A stretch of 64,000 nucleotides of DNA, from positions 210,056,001 to 210,120,000 of the forward strand of contig OZ024743.1 in the NCBI GenBank assembly GCA_964016885.1. The letters are read 5' to 3'. The stretch comes from Eledone cirrhosa (Eukaryota). The notes beneath the pieces were generated by a model. The model made no database searches, was not told the DNA's origin, and saw nothing but the letters and a program-made list of their open reading frames with translations. The translations under genes and the position numbers were made by a program. Below, one piece after another: positions 46,801 to 61,800 of the stretch (positions are counted from its first letter, which is position 1; each line of letters begins with the position of its first letter).

Positions 46801-49800
46801 ATACCACAGTTTACCACCCTATAGCCACAGATGAAAGCTCTTCACTCCATGAGATATACCACAGTTTACAATCCTATAGCCACAGATGAAACTCTTCACT
46901 CCATAAGATATACCACAGTTTAACATCCTATAGCCACAGATGAAAGCTCTTCACCCCATAAGATATACCACGGTTTAACATCCTATAGCCACAGATGAAA
47001 GCTCTTCACTCCATACGATATACCACAGTTTACCATCCTATAGCCACAGATGAAAGCTCTTCACTCCATAAGATATACCACAGTTTACCATCCTATAGCC
47101 ACAGATGAAAGCTCTTCACCCCATAAGATATACCCCAGTTTACCATCCTATAGCCACACATGAAAGCTCTTCACTCCATAAGATATACCAAAGTTTACCA
47201 TCCTATAGCCACAGATAAAAGCTCTTCACCCCATAAGATATACCACAGTTTACCATCCTATAGCCACACATGAAAGCTCTTCACTCCATAAGATATACCA
47301 CAGTTTACCATCCTATAGCCACACATGAAAGCTCTTCACTCCATAAGATATACCACAGTTTACCATCCTATAGCCACACATGAAAGCTCTTCACTCCATA
47401 AGATATACCACAGTTTACCATCCTATAGCCACAGATGAAAGCTGTTCACTCCATAAGATATACCACAGTTTACCATCCTATAGCCACAGATGAAAGCTCT
47501 TCACCCCATAAGATATACCCCAGTTTACCATCCTATAGCCACAGATGAAAGCTCTTCACCCCATGAGATATACCACAGTTTACCATCCTATAGCCACACA
47601 TGAAAGCTCTTCACTCCATAAGATATACCACAGTTTACCATCCTATAGCCACACATGAAAGCTCTTCACTCCATAAGATATACCACAGTTTACCATCCTA
47701 TAGCCACACATGAAAGCTCTTCACGCCATAAGATATACCTCAGTTTACCATCCTATAGCCACAGATGAAAGCTCTTCACTCCATAAGATATACCACAGTT
47801 TACCTTCCTATAGCCACAGATGAAAGCTCTTCACTCCATAAGATATACCACAGTTTACAATGCTATAGCCACAGATGAAAGCTGTTCACTCCATAAGATA
47901 TACGACAGTTTACCATCCTATAGCCACAGATAAAAGCTGTTCACTCCATAAGATATACGACAGTTTACCATCCTATAGCCAGATGAAAGCTCTTCACTCC
48001 ATAAGATATACCACAGTTTACCATCCTATAGCCACAGATGAAAGCTGTTCACTCCATAAGATATACCACAGTTTACCATCCTATAGCCAGATGAAAGCTC
48101 TTCACTCCATAAGATATACCACAGTTTACCATCCTATAGCCAGATGAAAGCTCTTCACTCCATAAGATATACCACAGTTTACCATCCTATAGCCACAGAT
48201 GAAAGCTCTTCACTCCATAAGATATACCACAGTTTACCACCCTATAGCCACAGATGAAAGCTCTTCACTCCATAAGATATACCACAGTTTACCATCCTAT
48301 AGCCACAGATGAAAGCTCTTCACTCCATAAGATATACCACAGTTTACCATCCTATAGCCACAGATGAAAGCTCTTCATCCATAAGATATACCACAGTTTA
48401 CCATCCTATAGCCACAGATGAAATCTCTTCACCCATAAGATACACCACAGTTTACCATCCTATAGCCACACAGGAAAGCTCTTCACTCCATAAGATATAC
48501 CACAGTTTACCATTCTATAGCCACAGATGAAAGCTCTTCACCCCATAAGATATACCACAGTTTACCATCCTATAGCCACACATGAAAGCTCTTCACCCCA
48601 TAAGATATACCACAGTTTACCATCCTATTGCCACACATGAAAGTTCTTCACTCGATAAGATATACCACAGTTTACCATCCTATAGCCACACATGAAAGCT
48701 CTTCACTCCATAAGATATACCACAGTTTACCATCCTATAGCAAGATGAAAGCTCTTCACTCCATAAGATATACGACAGTTTACCATCCTATAGCCACACA
48801 TGAAAACTCTTCAATCCATAAGATATACCTCAGTTTACCATCTTATAGCCACAGATGAAAGCTCTTCACTCCATAAGATATACCACGGTTTACCATCCTA
48901 TAGCCACACATGAAAGCTCTTCACGCCATAAGATATACCTCAGTTTACCATCCTATAGCCACAGATGAAAGCTCTTCACTCCATAAGATATACCACAGTT
49001 TACCATCCTATAGCCACACATGAGAGCTCTTCACTCCATAATATATACCACAGTTTACCATCCTATAGCCACACATGAAAGCTCTTCACTCCATAAGATA
49101 TACCACAGTTCACCATCCTATAGCCACACATGAGAGCTCTTCACCCCATAAGATATACCTCAGTTTACCATCCTATAGCCACACATGAAAGCTCTTCACT
49201 CCATAAGATATACCACAGTTTACCATCCTATAGCCACACATGAAAGCTCTTCACTCCATAAGATATACCACAGTTTACCATCCTATAGCCACACATGGAA
49301 GCTCTTCACGCCATAAGATATACCTCTGTTTACCATCCTATAGCCACAGATGAAAGCTCTTCACTCCATAAGATATACCACAGTTTACCTTCCTATAGCC
49401 ACAGATGAAAGCTCTTCACTCCATAAGATATACCACAGTTTACAATGCTATAGCCACAGATGAAAGCTGTTCACTCCATAAGATATACCACAGTTTACCA
49501 TCCTATAGCCACAGATGAAAGCTCTTCATCCATAAGATATACCACAGTTTACCATCCTATAGCCACAGATGAAATCTCTTCACCCATAAGATATACCACA
49601 GTTTACCATCCTATAGCCAGATGAAAGCTCTTCACTCCATAACATATACCACAGTTTACCATCCTATAGCCACAGATGAAAGCTCTTCACTCCATAAGAT
49701 ATACCACAGTTTACCATCCTATAGCCACACATGAAAGCTCTTCACTCCATAAGATATACCACAGTTTACCATCCTATAACCACAGATGAAAGCTCTTCAC

Positions 49801-52800
49801 TCCATAAGATATACCACAGTTTACCATCCTATAGCCACACATGAAAGCTCTTCACTCCATAAGATATACCACAGTTTACCATCCTATAGCCACAGATGAA
49901 AGCTCTTCACCCCATAAGATATACCACAGTTTACCATCCTATAGCCACAGATGAAAGCTGTTCACTCCATAAGATATACGACAGTTTACCATCCTATAGC
50001 CAGATGAAAGCTCTTCACTCCATAAGATATACCACAGTTTACCATCCTATAGCCACAGATGAAAGCTGTTCACTCCATAAGATATACCACAGTTTACCAT
50101 CCTATAGCCAGATGAAAGCTCTTCACTCCGTAACATATACCACAGTTTACCATCCTATAGCAACACATGAAAGCTCTTCACTCCATAAGATATACCACAG
50201 TTTACCATCCTAGAGCCACACAGGAAAGCTCTTCACTCCATAAGATATACCACAGTTTACCATCCTATAGCCACAGATGAAAGCTCTTCACCCCATAAGA
50301 TATACCACAGTTTACCATCCTATAGCCACAGATGAAAGCTCTTCACCCCATGAGACATACCACAGTTTACCATCCTATAGCCACACATGAAAGCTCTTCA
50401 CTCCATAAGATATACCACAGTTTACCATCCTATAGCCCACACATGAAAGCTCTTCACGCCATAAGATATACCTCAGTTTACCATCCTATAGCCACAGATG
50501 AAAGCTCTTCACTCCATAAGATATACCACAGTTTACCATGCTATAGCCACAGATGAAAGCTGTTCACTCCATAAGATATACGACAGTTTACCATCCTATA
50601 GCCACAGATGAAAGCTGTTCACTCCATAAGATATACGACAGTTTACCATCCTATAGCCAGATGAAAGCTCTTCACTCCATAAGATATACCACAGTTTACC
50701 ATCCTATAACCACAGATGAAAGCTGTTCACTCCATAAGATATACCACAGTTTACCATCCTATAGCCAGATGAAAGCTCTTCATTCCATAAGATATACCAC
50801 AGTTTACCATCCTATAGCCAGATGAAAGCTCTTCACTCCATAAGATATACCACAGTTTACCATCCTATAGCCACAGATGAAAGCTCTTCACTCCATAAGA
50901 TATACCACAGTTTACCACCCTATAGCCACAGATGAAAGCTCTTCACTCCATGAGATATACCACAGTTTACAATCCTATAGCCACAGATGAAACTCTTCAC
51001 TCCATAAGATATAGCACAGTTTAACATCCTATAGCCACAGATGAAAGCTCTTCACCCCATAAGATATACCACGGTTTAACATCCTATAGCCACAGATGAA
51101 AGCTCTTCACTCCATACGATATACCACAGTTTACCATCCTATAGCCACAGATGAAAGCTCTTCACCCCATAAGATATACCCCAGTTTACCATCCTATAGC
51201 CACACATGAAAGCTCTTCACTCCATAAGATATACCAAAGTTTACCATCCTATAGCCACAGATAAAAGCTCTTCACCCCATAAGATATACCACAGTTTACC
51301 ATCCTATAGCCACACATGAAAGCTCTTCACTCCATAAGATATACCACAGTTTACCATCCTATAGCCACACATGAAAGCTCTTCACTCCATAAGATATACC
51401 ACAGTTTACCATCCTATAGCCACACATGAAAGCTCTTCACTCCATAAGATATACCACAGTTTACCATCCTATAGCCACAGATGAAAGCTGTTCACTCCAT
51501 AAGATATACCACAGTTTACCATCCTATAGCCACAGATGAAAGCTCTTCACCCCATAAGATATACCCCAGTTTACCATTCTATAGCCACAGATGAAAGCTC
51601 TTCACCCCATGAGATATACCACAGTTTACCATTCTATAGCCACACATGAAAGCTCTTCACTCCATAAGATATACCACAGTTTACCATCCTATAGCCACAC
51701 ATGAAAGCTCTTCACTCCATAAGATATACCACAGTTTACCATCCTATAGCCACACATGAAAGCTCTTCACGCCATAAGATATACCTCAGTTTACCATCCT
51801 ATAGCCACAGATGAAAGCTCTTCACTCCATAAGATATACCACAGTTTACCTTCCTATAGCCACAGATGAAAGCTCTTCACTCCATAAGATATACCACAGT
51901 TTACAATGCTATAGCCACAGATGAAAGCTGTTCACTCCATAAGATATACGACAGTTTACCATCCTATAGCCACAGATGAAAGCTGTTCACTCCATAAGAT
52001 ATACGACAGTTTACCATCCTATAGCCAGATGAAAGCTCTTCACTCCATAAGATATACCACAGTTTACCATCCTATAGCCACAGATGAAAGCTGTTCACTC
52101 CATAAGATATACCACAGTTTACCATCCTATAGCCAGATGAAAGCTCTTCACTCCATAAGATATACCACAGTTTACCATCCTATAGCCAGATGAAAGCTCT
52201 TCACTCCATAAGATATACCACAGTTTACCATCCTATAGCCACAGATGAAAGCTCTTCACTCCATAAGATATACCACAGTTTACCACCCTATAGCCACAGA
52301 TGAAAGCTCTTCACTCCATAAGATATACCACAGTTTACCATCCTATAGCCACAGATGAAAGCTCTTCACTCCATAAGATATACCACAGTTTACCATCCTA
52401 TAGCCACAGATGAAAGCTCTTCATCCATAAGATATACCACAGTTTACCATCCTATAGCCACAGATGAAATCTCTTCACCCATAAGATACACCACAGTTTA
52501 CCATCCTATAGCCACACAGGAAAGCTCTTCACTCCATAAGATATACCACAGTTTACCATTCTATAGCAACAGATGAAAGCTCTTCACCCCATAAGATATA
52601 CCACAGTTTACCATCCTATAGCCACACATGAAAGCTCTTCACCCCATAAGATATACCACAGTTTACCATCCTATTGCCACACATGAAAGTTCTTCACTCC
52701 ATAAGATATACCACAGTTTACCATCCTATAGTCACACATGAAAGCTCTTCACTCCATAAGATATACCACAGTTTACCATCCTATAGCAAGATGAAAGCTC

Positions 52801-55800
52801 TTCACTCCATAAGATATACGACAGTTTACCATCCTATAGCCACACATGAAAACTCTTCAATCCATAAGATATACCTCAGTTTACCATCTTATAGCCACAG
52901 ATGAAAGCTCTTCACTCCATAAGATATACCACGGTTTACCATCCTATAGCCACACATGAAAGCTCTTCACGCCATAAGATATACCTCAGTTTACCATCCT
53001 ATAGCCACAGATGAAAGCTCTTCACTCCATAAGATATACCACAGTTTACCATCCTATAGCCACACATGAGAGCTCTTCACTCCATAAGATATACCACAGT
53101 TTACCATCCTATAGCCACACATGAAAGCTCTTCACTCCATAAGATATACCACAGTTCACCATCCTATAGCCACACATGAGAGCTCTTCACCCCATAAGAT
53201 ATACCTCAGTTTACCATCCTATAGCCACACATGAAAGCTCTTCACTCCATAAGATATACCACAGTTTACCATCCTATGGCCACACATGAAAGCTCTTCAC
53301 CACATAAGATATACCACAGTTTACCATCCTATAGCCACACATGAAAGCTCTTCACTCCATAAGATATACCACAGTTTACCATCCTATAGCCAGATGAAAG
53401 CTCTTCTCTCCATAAGATATACCACAGTTTACCATCCTATAGCCACACATGAAAGCTCTTCACTCCATAAGATATACCACAGTTTACATTTCTATAGCCA
53501 CACATGAAAGTTCTTCACTCGATAAGATATACCATAGTTTACCATCCTACAGCCACACATGAAAGCTCTTCACTCCATAAGATATACCACAGTTTACCAT
53601 CCTATAGCCACACATGAAAGCTCTTCAATCCATAAGATATACCTCAGTTTACCATCCTATAGCCACAGATGAAAGCTCTTCACTCCATAAGATATACCAC
53701 AGTTTACCATCCTATAGCCACACATGAGAGCTCTTCACTCCATAAGATATACCACAGTTTACCATCCTATAGCCACAGATGAAAGCTCATCACTCCATAA
53801 GATATACCACAGTTTACCATCCTATAGCCACAAATCAGAGCTCTTCACTCCACAAGATATACCACAGTCTACCATCCTATAGCCACACATGAAAGCTCTT
53901 CACTCCATAAGATATACCACAGTTTACATTCCTATAGCCACACATGAAAGTTCTTCACTCGATAAGATATACCACAGTTTACCATCCTACAGCCACACAT
54001 GAAAGCTCTTCACTCCATAAGATATACCACAGTTTACCATCCTATAGCCACACATGAAAGCTCTTCAATCCATAAGATATACCTCAGTTTACCATCCTAT
54101 AGCCACAGATGAAAGCTCTTCACTCCATAAGATATACCACAGTTTACCATCCTATAGCCACACATGAAAGCTCTTCAATCCATAAGATATACCTCAGTTT
54201 ACCATCCTATAGCCACAGATGAAAGCTCTTCACTCCATAAGATATACCACAGTTTACCATCCTATAGCCACACATGAAAGCTCTTCAATCCATAAGATAT
54301 ACCTCAGTTTACCATCCTATAGCCACAGATGAAAGCTCTTCACTCCATAAGATATACCACAGTTTACCATCCTATAGCCACAGATGAAAGCTCATCACTC
54401 CATAAGATATACCACAGTTTACCATCCTATGGCCACACATGAAAGCTCTTCACCCCATAAGATATACCTCAGTTTAGCATCATATAGCCACAGATGAAAG
54501 CTCTTCACTCCATAAGATATACCACAGTTTACCATCCTATAGCCACACATGAAAGTTCTTCACTCGATAAGATATACCACAGTTTCCCATCCTATAGCCA
54601 CACATGAAAGCTCTTCACTCCATAAGATATACCACAGTTTACCATCCTATAGACAGATGAAAGCTCTTCACTCCATAAGATATACGACAGTTTACCATCC
54701 TATAGCCACACATGAAAGTTCTTCACTCGATAAGATATACCACAGTTTCCCATCCTATAGCCACACATGAAAGCTCTTCACTCCATAAGATATACCACAG
54801 TTTACCATCCTATAGACAGATGAAAGCTCTTCACTCCATAAGATATACCCCAGTTTACCATCCTATAGCCAGATGAAAGCTCTTCACCTCATAAGATATA
54901 CCACAGTTTACCACCCTATAGCCACAGATGAAAGCTCTTCACTCCATGAGATATACCACAGTTTACCATCCTATAGCCACGCCACGGATGAAAGCTCTTC
55001 ACTCCATAAGATATACCACAGTTTACAATCCTATAGCCACAGATGAAAGCTCTTCACTCCATAAGATATACCACAGTTTACCATCCTATGGCCACAGATG
55101 AAAGCTCTTCACTCCATAAGATATACCACAGTTTACCATCCTATAGCCACAGATGAAAGCTCTTCACTCCATAAGATATACCACAGTTTACCATCCTATA
55201 GCCACACATGAAAGCTCTTCACTCCATAAGATATACCACAGTTTACCATCCTATAGTCAAGCCACGGATTAAAGCTCTTCACTCCATAAGATATACCACA
55301 GTTTACCATCCTATAGTCACACATGAAAGCTCTTCACTCCATAAGATATAACACAGTTTACCATCCTATAGCCAGATGAAAGCTCTTCACTCCATAAGAT
55401 ATACCACAGTTTACCATCCTATAGCCACAGATGAAAGCTCTTCACTCCATAAGATATACCACAGTTTACCACCCTATAGCCACACATGAAAGCTCTTCAC
55501 CCCATAAGATATACCACAGTTTACCATCCTATTGCCACACATGAAAGTTCTTCACTCGATAAGATATACCACAGTTTACCATCCTATAGCCACACATGAA
55601 AGCTCTTCACTCCATAAGATATACCACAGTTTACCATCCTATAGCAAGATGAAAGCTCTTCACTCCATAAGATATAAGACAGTTTTCCATCCTATAGCCA
55701 CACATGAAAACTCTTCACTCCATAAGATATACCACAGTTTACCATCCTATAGCCAGATGAAAGCTCTTCACTCCATAAGATATACCACAGTTTACCATCC

Positions 55801-58800
55801 TATAGCCACAGATGAAAGCTCTTCACTCCATAAGATATACCACAGTTTACCACCCTATAGCCACAGATGAAAGCTCTTCACTCCATAAGATATACCACAG
55901 TTTACCATCCTATAGCCACAGATGAAAGCTCTTCACTCCATAAGATATACCACAGTTTAACATCCTAGAGCAACAGATGAAAGCTCTTCACTCCATACGA
56001 TATACCACAGTTTACCATCCTATAGCCACAGATGAAAGCTCTTCACTCCATAAGATATACCACAGTTTACCATCCTATAGCCACAGATGAAAGCTCTTCA
56101 CCCCATAAGATATACCCCAGTTTACCATACTATAGCCACAGATGAAAGCTCTTCACTACAAAAGATATACCACAGTTTACAATGCTATAGCCACAGATGA
56201 AAGCTGTTCACTCCATAAGATATACGACAGTTTACCATCCTATAGCCAGATGAAAGCTCTTCACTCCATAAGATATACCACAGTTTACCATCCTATAGCC
56301 ACAGATGAAAGCTGTTCACTCCATAAGTTATACCACAGTTTACCATCCTATAGCCAGATGAAAGCTCTTCACTCCATAAGATATACCACAGTTTACCATC
56401 CTATAGCCACAGATGAAAGCTCTTCACTCCATAAGATATACCACAGTTTACCACCCTATAGCCACAGATGAAAGCTCTTCACTCCATAAGATATACCACA
56501 GTTTACCATCCTATAGCCACAGATGAAAGCTCTTCACTCCATAAGATATACCACAGTTTACCATCCTATAGCCACAGATGAAAGCTCTTCATCCATAAGA
56601 TATACCACAGTTTACCATCCTATAGCCACAGATGAAATCTCTTCACCCATAAGATACACCACAGTTTACCATCCTATAGCCACACATGAAAGCTCTTCAC
56701 TCCATAAGATATACCACAGTTTACCATCCTATAGCCACAGATGAAAGCTCTTCACCCCATAAGATATACCACGGTTTACCATCCTATAGCCACACATGAA
56801 AGCTCTTCACTCCATAAGATATACCACAGTTTACCATCCTATAGCCACACAGGAAAGCTCTTCACTCCATAAGATATACCACAGTTTACCATTCTATAGC
56901 CACAGATGAAAGCTCTTCACCCCATAAGATATACCACAGTTTACCATCCTATAGCCACACATGAAAGCTCTTCACCCCATAAGATATACCACAGTTTACC
57001 ATCCTATTGCCACACATGAAAGTTCTTCACTCGATAAGATAGACCACAGTTTACCATCCTATAGCCACACATGAAAGCTCTTCACTCCATAAGATATACC
57101 ACAGTTTACCATCCTATAGCAAGATGAAAGCTCTTCACTCCATAAGATATACGACAGTTTACCATCCTATAGCCACACATGAAAACTCTTCAATCCATAA
57201 GATATACCTCAGTTTACCATCTTATAGCCACAGATGAAAGCTCTTCACTCCATAAGATATACCACGGTTTACCATCCTATAGCCACACATGAAAGCTCTT
57301 CACGCCATAAGATATACCTCAGTTTACCATCCTATAGCCACAGATGAAAGCTCTTCACTCCATAAGATATACCACAGTTTACCATCCTATAGCCACACAT
57401 GAGAGCTCTTCACTCCATAAGATATACCACAGTTTACCATCCTATAGCCACACATGAAAGCTCTTCACTCCATAAGATATACCACAGTTCACCATCCTAT
57501 AGCCACACATGAGAGCTCTTCACCCCATAAGATATACCTCAGTTTACCATCCTATAGCCACACATGAAAGCTCTTCACTCCATAAGATATACCACAGTTT
57601 ACCATCCTATGGCCACACATGAAAGCTCTTCACCACATAAGATATACAACAGTTTACCATCCTATAGCCACACATGAAAGCTCTTCACTCCATAAGATAT
57701 ACCACAGTTTACCATCCTATAGCCAGATGAAAGCTCTTCACTCCATAAGATATACCACAGTTTACCATCCTATAGCCACACATGAAAGCTCTTCACTCCA
57801 TAAGATATACCACAGTTTACATTCCTATAGCCACACATGAAAGTTCTTCACTCGATAAGATATACCATAGTTTACCATCCTACAGCCACACATGAAAGCT
57901 CTTCACTCCATAAGATATACCACAGTTTACCATCCTATAGCCACACATGAAAGCTCTTCAATCCATAAGATATACCTCAGTTTACCATCCTATAGCCACA
58001 GATGAAAGCTCTTCACTCCATAAGATATACCACAGTTTACCATCCTATAGCCACACATGAGAGCTCTTCACTCCATAAGATATACCACAGTTTACCATCC
58101 TATAGCCACAGATGAAAGCTCATCACTCCATAAGATATACCACAGTTTACCATCCTATAGCCACACATGAGAGCTCTTCACTCCATAAGATATACCACAG
58201 TTTACCATCCTATAGCCACACATGAGAGCTCTTCACCCCATAAGATATACCTCAGTTTACCATCCTACAGCCACAGATGAAAGCTATTCACTCCATAAGA
58301 TATACCACAGTTTACCATCCTATAGCCACACATGAAAGCTCTTCACTCCATAAGATATACCACAGTTTACATTCCTATAGCCACACATGAAAGTTCTTCA
58401 CTCGATAAGATATACCATAGTTTACCATCCTACAGCCACACATGAAAGCTCTTCACTCCATAAGATATACCACAGTTTACCATCCTATAGCCACACATGA
58501 AAGCTCTTCAATCCATAAGATATACCTCAGTTTACCATCCTATAGCCACAGATGAAAGCTCTTCACTCCATAAGATATACCACAGTTTACCATCCTATAG
58601 CCACACATGAAAGTTCTTCACTCCATAAGATATACCACAGTTTACCATCCTATAGCCACACATGAGAGCTCCTCATTCCATAAGATATACCACAGTTTAC
58701 CATCCTATAGCCACACATGAAAGCTCTTCACTCCATAAGATATACCACAGTTTACCATCCTATAGCCACACATGAAAGCTCTTCACTCCATAAGATATAC

Positions 58801-61800
58801 CACAGTTTACCATCCTATAGCCAGATGAAAGCCCTTCACTCCATAAGATATACCACAGTTTACCATCCCATAGCCACACATGAAAGCTCTTCACTCCATA
58901 AGATATACCACAGTTTACATTCCTATAGCCACAGATGAAAGCTCTTCACTCCATAAGATATACCACAGTTTACCACCCTATAGCCACAGATGAAAGCTCT
59001 TCACTCCATAAGATATACCACAGTTTACCATCCTATAGCCACATATGAAAGCTCTTCACTCCTTAAGATATACCACAGTTTACCATCCTATAGCCACAGA
59101 TGAAAGCTCTTCATCCATAAGATATACCACAGTTTACCATCCTATAGCCACAGATGAAATCTCTTCACCCATAAGATATACCACAGTTTACCATCCTATA
59201 GCCACACATGAAAGCTCTTCACTCCATAAGATATACCACAGTTTACCATCCTATAGCCACAGATGAAAGCTCTTCACTCCATAAGATATACCACAGTTTA
59301 CCATCCTATAGCCACACATGAAAGCTCTTCACTCCATAAGATATACCACAGTTTACCATCCTATAACCACAGATGAAAGCTCTTCACTCCATAAGATATA
59401 CCACAGTTTACCATCCTATAGCCACACATGAAAGCTCTTCACTCCATAAGATATACCACAGTTTACCATCCTATAGCCACAGATGAAAGCTCTTCACCCC
59501 ATAAGATATACCACAGTTTACCATCCTATAGCCACAGATGAAAGCTGTTCACTCCATAAGATATACGACAGTTTACCATCCTATAGCCAGATGAAAGCTC
59601 TTCACTCCATAAGATATACCACAGTTTACCATCCTATAGCCACAGATGAAAGCTGTTCACTCCATAAGATATACCACAGTTTACCATCCTATAGCCAGAT
59701 GAAAGCTCTTCACTCCGTAACATATACCACAGTTTACCATCCTATAGCCACACATGAAAGCTCTTCACTCCATAAGATATACCACAGTTTACCATCCTAT
59801 AGCCACACAGGAAAGCTCTTCACTCCATAAGATATACCACAGTTTACCATCCTATAGCCACAGATGAAAGCTCTTCACCCCATAAGATATACCACAGTTT
59901 ACCATCCTATAGCCACAGATGAAAGCTCTTCACCCCATGAGACATACCACAGTTTACCATCCTATAGCCACACATGAAAGCTCTTCACTCCATAAGATAT
60001 ACCACAGTTTACCATCCTATAGCCCACACATGAAAGCTCTTCACGCCATAAGATATACCTCAGTTTACCATCCTATAGCCACAGATGAAAGCTCTTCACT
60101 CCATAAGATATACCACAGTTTACCATCCTATAGCCACAGATGAAAGCTCTTCACTCCATAAGATATACCACAGTTTACCATGCTATAGCCACAGATGAAA
60201 GCTGTTCACTCCATAAGATATACGACAGTTTACCATCCTATAGCCACAGATGAAAGCTGTTCACTCCATAAGATATACGACAGTTTACCATCCTATAGCC
60301 AGATGAAAGCTCTTCATTCCATAAGATATACCACAGTTTACCATCCTATAGCCAGATGAAAGCTCTTCACTCCATAAGATATACCACAGATTACCATCCT
60401 ATAGCCACAGATGAAAGCTCTTCACTCCATAAGATATACCACAGTTTACCACCCTATAGCCACAGATGAAAGCTCTTCACTCCATGAGATATACCACAGT
60501 TTACAATCCTATAGCCACAGATGAAACTCTTCACTCCATAAGATATACCACAGTTTAACATCCTATAGCCACAGATGAAAGCTCTTCACCCCATAAGATA
60601 TACCACGGTTTAACATCCTATAGCCACAGATGAAAGCTCTTCACTCCATACGATATACCACAGTTTACCATCCTATAGCCACAGATGAAAGCTCTTCACT
60701 CCATAAGATATACCACAGTTTACCATCCTATAGCCACAGATGAAAGCTCTTCACCCCATAAGATATACCCCAGTTTACCATCCTATAGCCACACATGAAA
60801 GCTCTTCACTCCATAAGATATACCAAAGTTTACCATCCTATAGCCACAGATAAAAGCTCTTCACCCCATAAGATATACCACAGTTTACCATCCTATAGCC
60901 ACACATGAAAGCTCTTCACTCCATAAGATATACCACAGTTTACCATCCTATAGCCACACATGAAAGCTCTTCACTCCATAAGATATACCACAGTTTACCA
61001 TCCTATAGCCACACATGAAAGCTCTTCACTCCATAAGATATACCACAGTTTACCATCCTATAGCCACAGATGAAAGCTGTTCACTCCATAAGATATACCA
61101 CAGTTTACCATCCTATAGCCACAGATGAAAGCTCTTCACCCCATAAGATATACCCCAGTTTACCATCCTATAGCCACAGATGAAAGCTCTTCACCCCATG
61201 AGATATACCACAGTTTACCATCCTATAGCCACACATGAAAGCTCTTCACTCCATAAGATATACCACAGTTTACCATCCTATAGCCACACATGAAAGCTCT
61301 TCACTCCATAAGATATACCACAGTTTACCATCCTATAGCCACACATGAAAGCTCTTCACGCCATAAGATATACCTCAGTTTACCATCCTATAGCCACAGA
61401 TGAAAGCTCTTCACTCCATAAGATATACCACAGTTTACCTTCCTATAGCCACAGATGAAAGCTCTTCACTCCATAAGATATACCACAGTTTACAATGCTA
61501 TAGCCACAGATGAAAGCTGTTCACTCCATAAGATATACGACAGTTTACCATCCTATAGCCACAGATGAAAGCTGTTCACTCCATAAGATATACGACAGTT
61601 TACCATCCTATAGCCAGATGAAAGCTCTTCACTCCATAAGATATACCACAGTTTACCATCCTATAGCCACAGATGAAAGCTGTTCACTCCATAAGATATA
61701 CCACAGTTTACCATCCTATAGCCAGATGAAAGCTCTTCACTCCATAAGATATACCACAGTTTACCATCCTATAGCCAGATGAAAGCTCTTCACTCCATAA

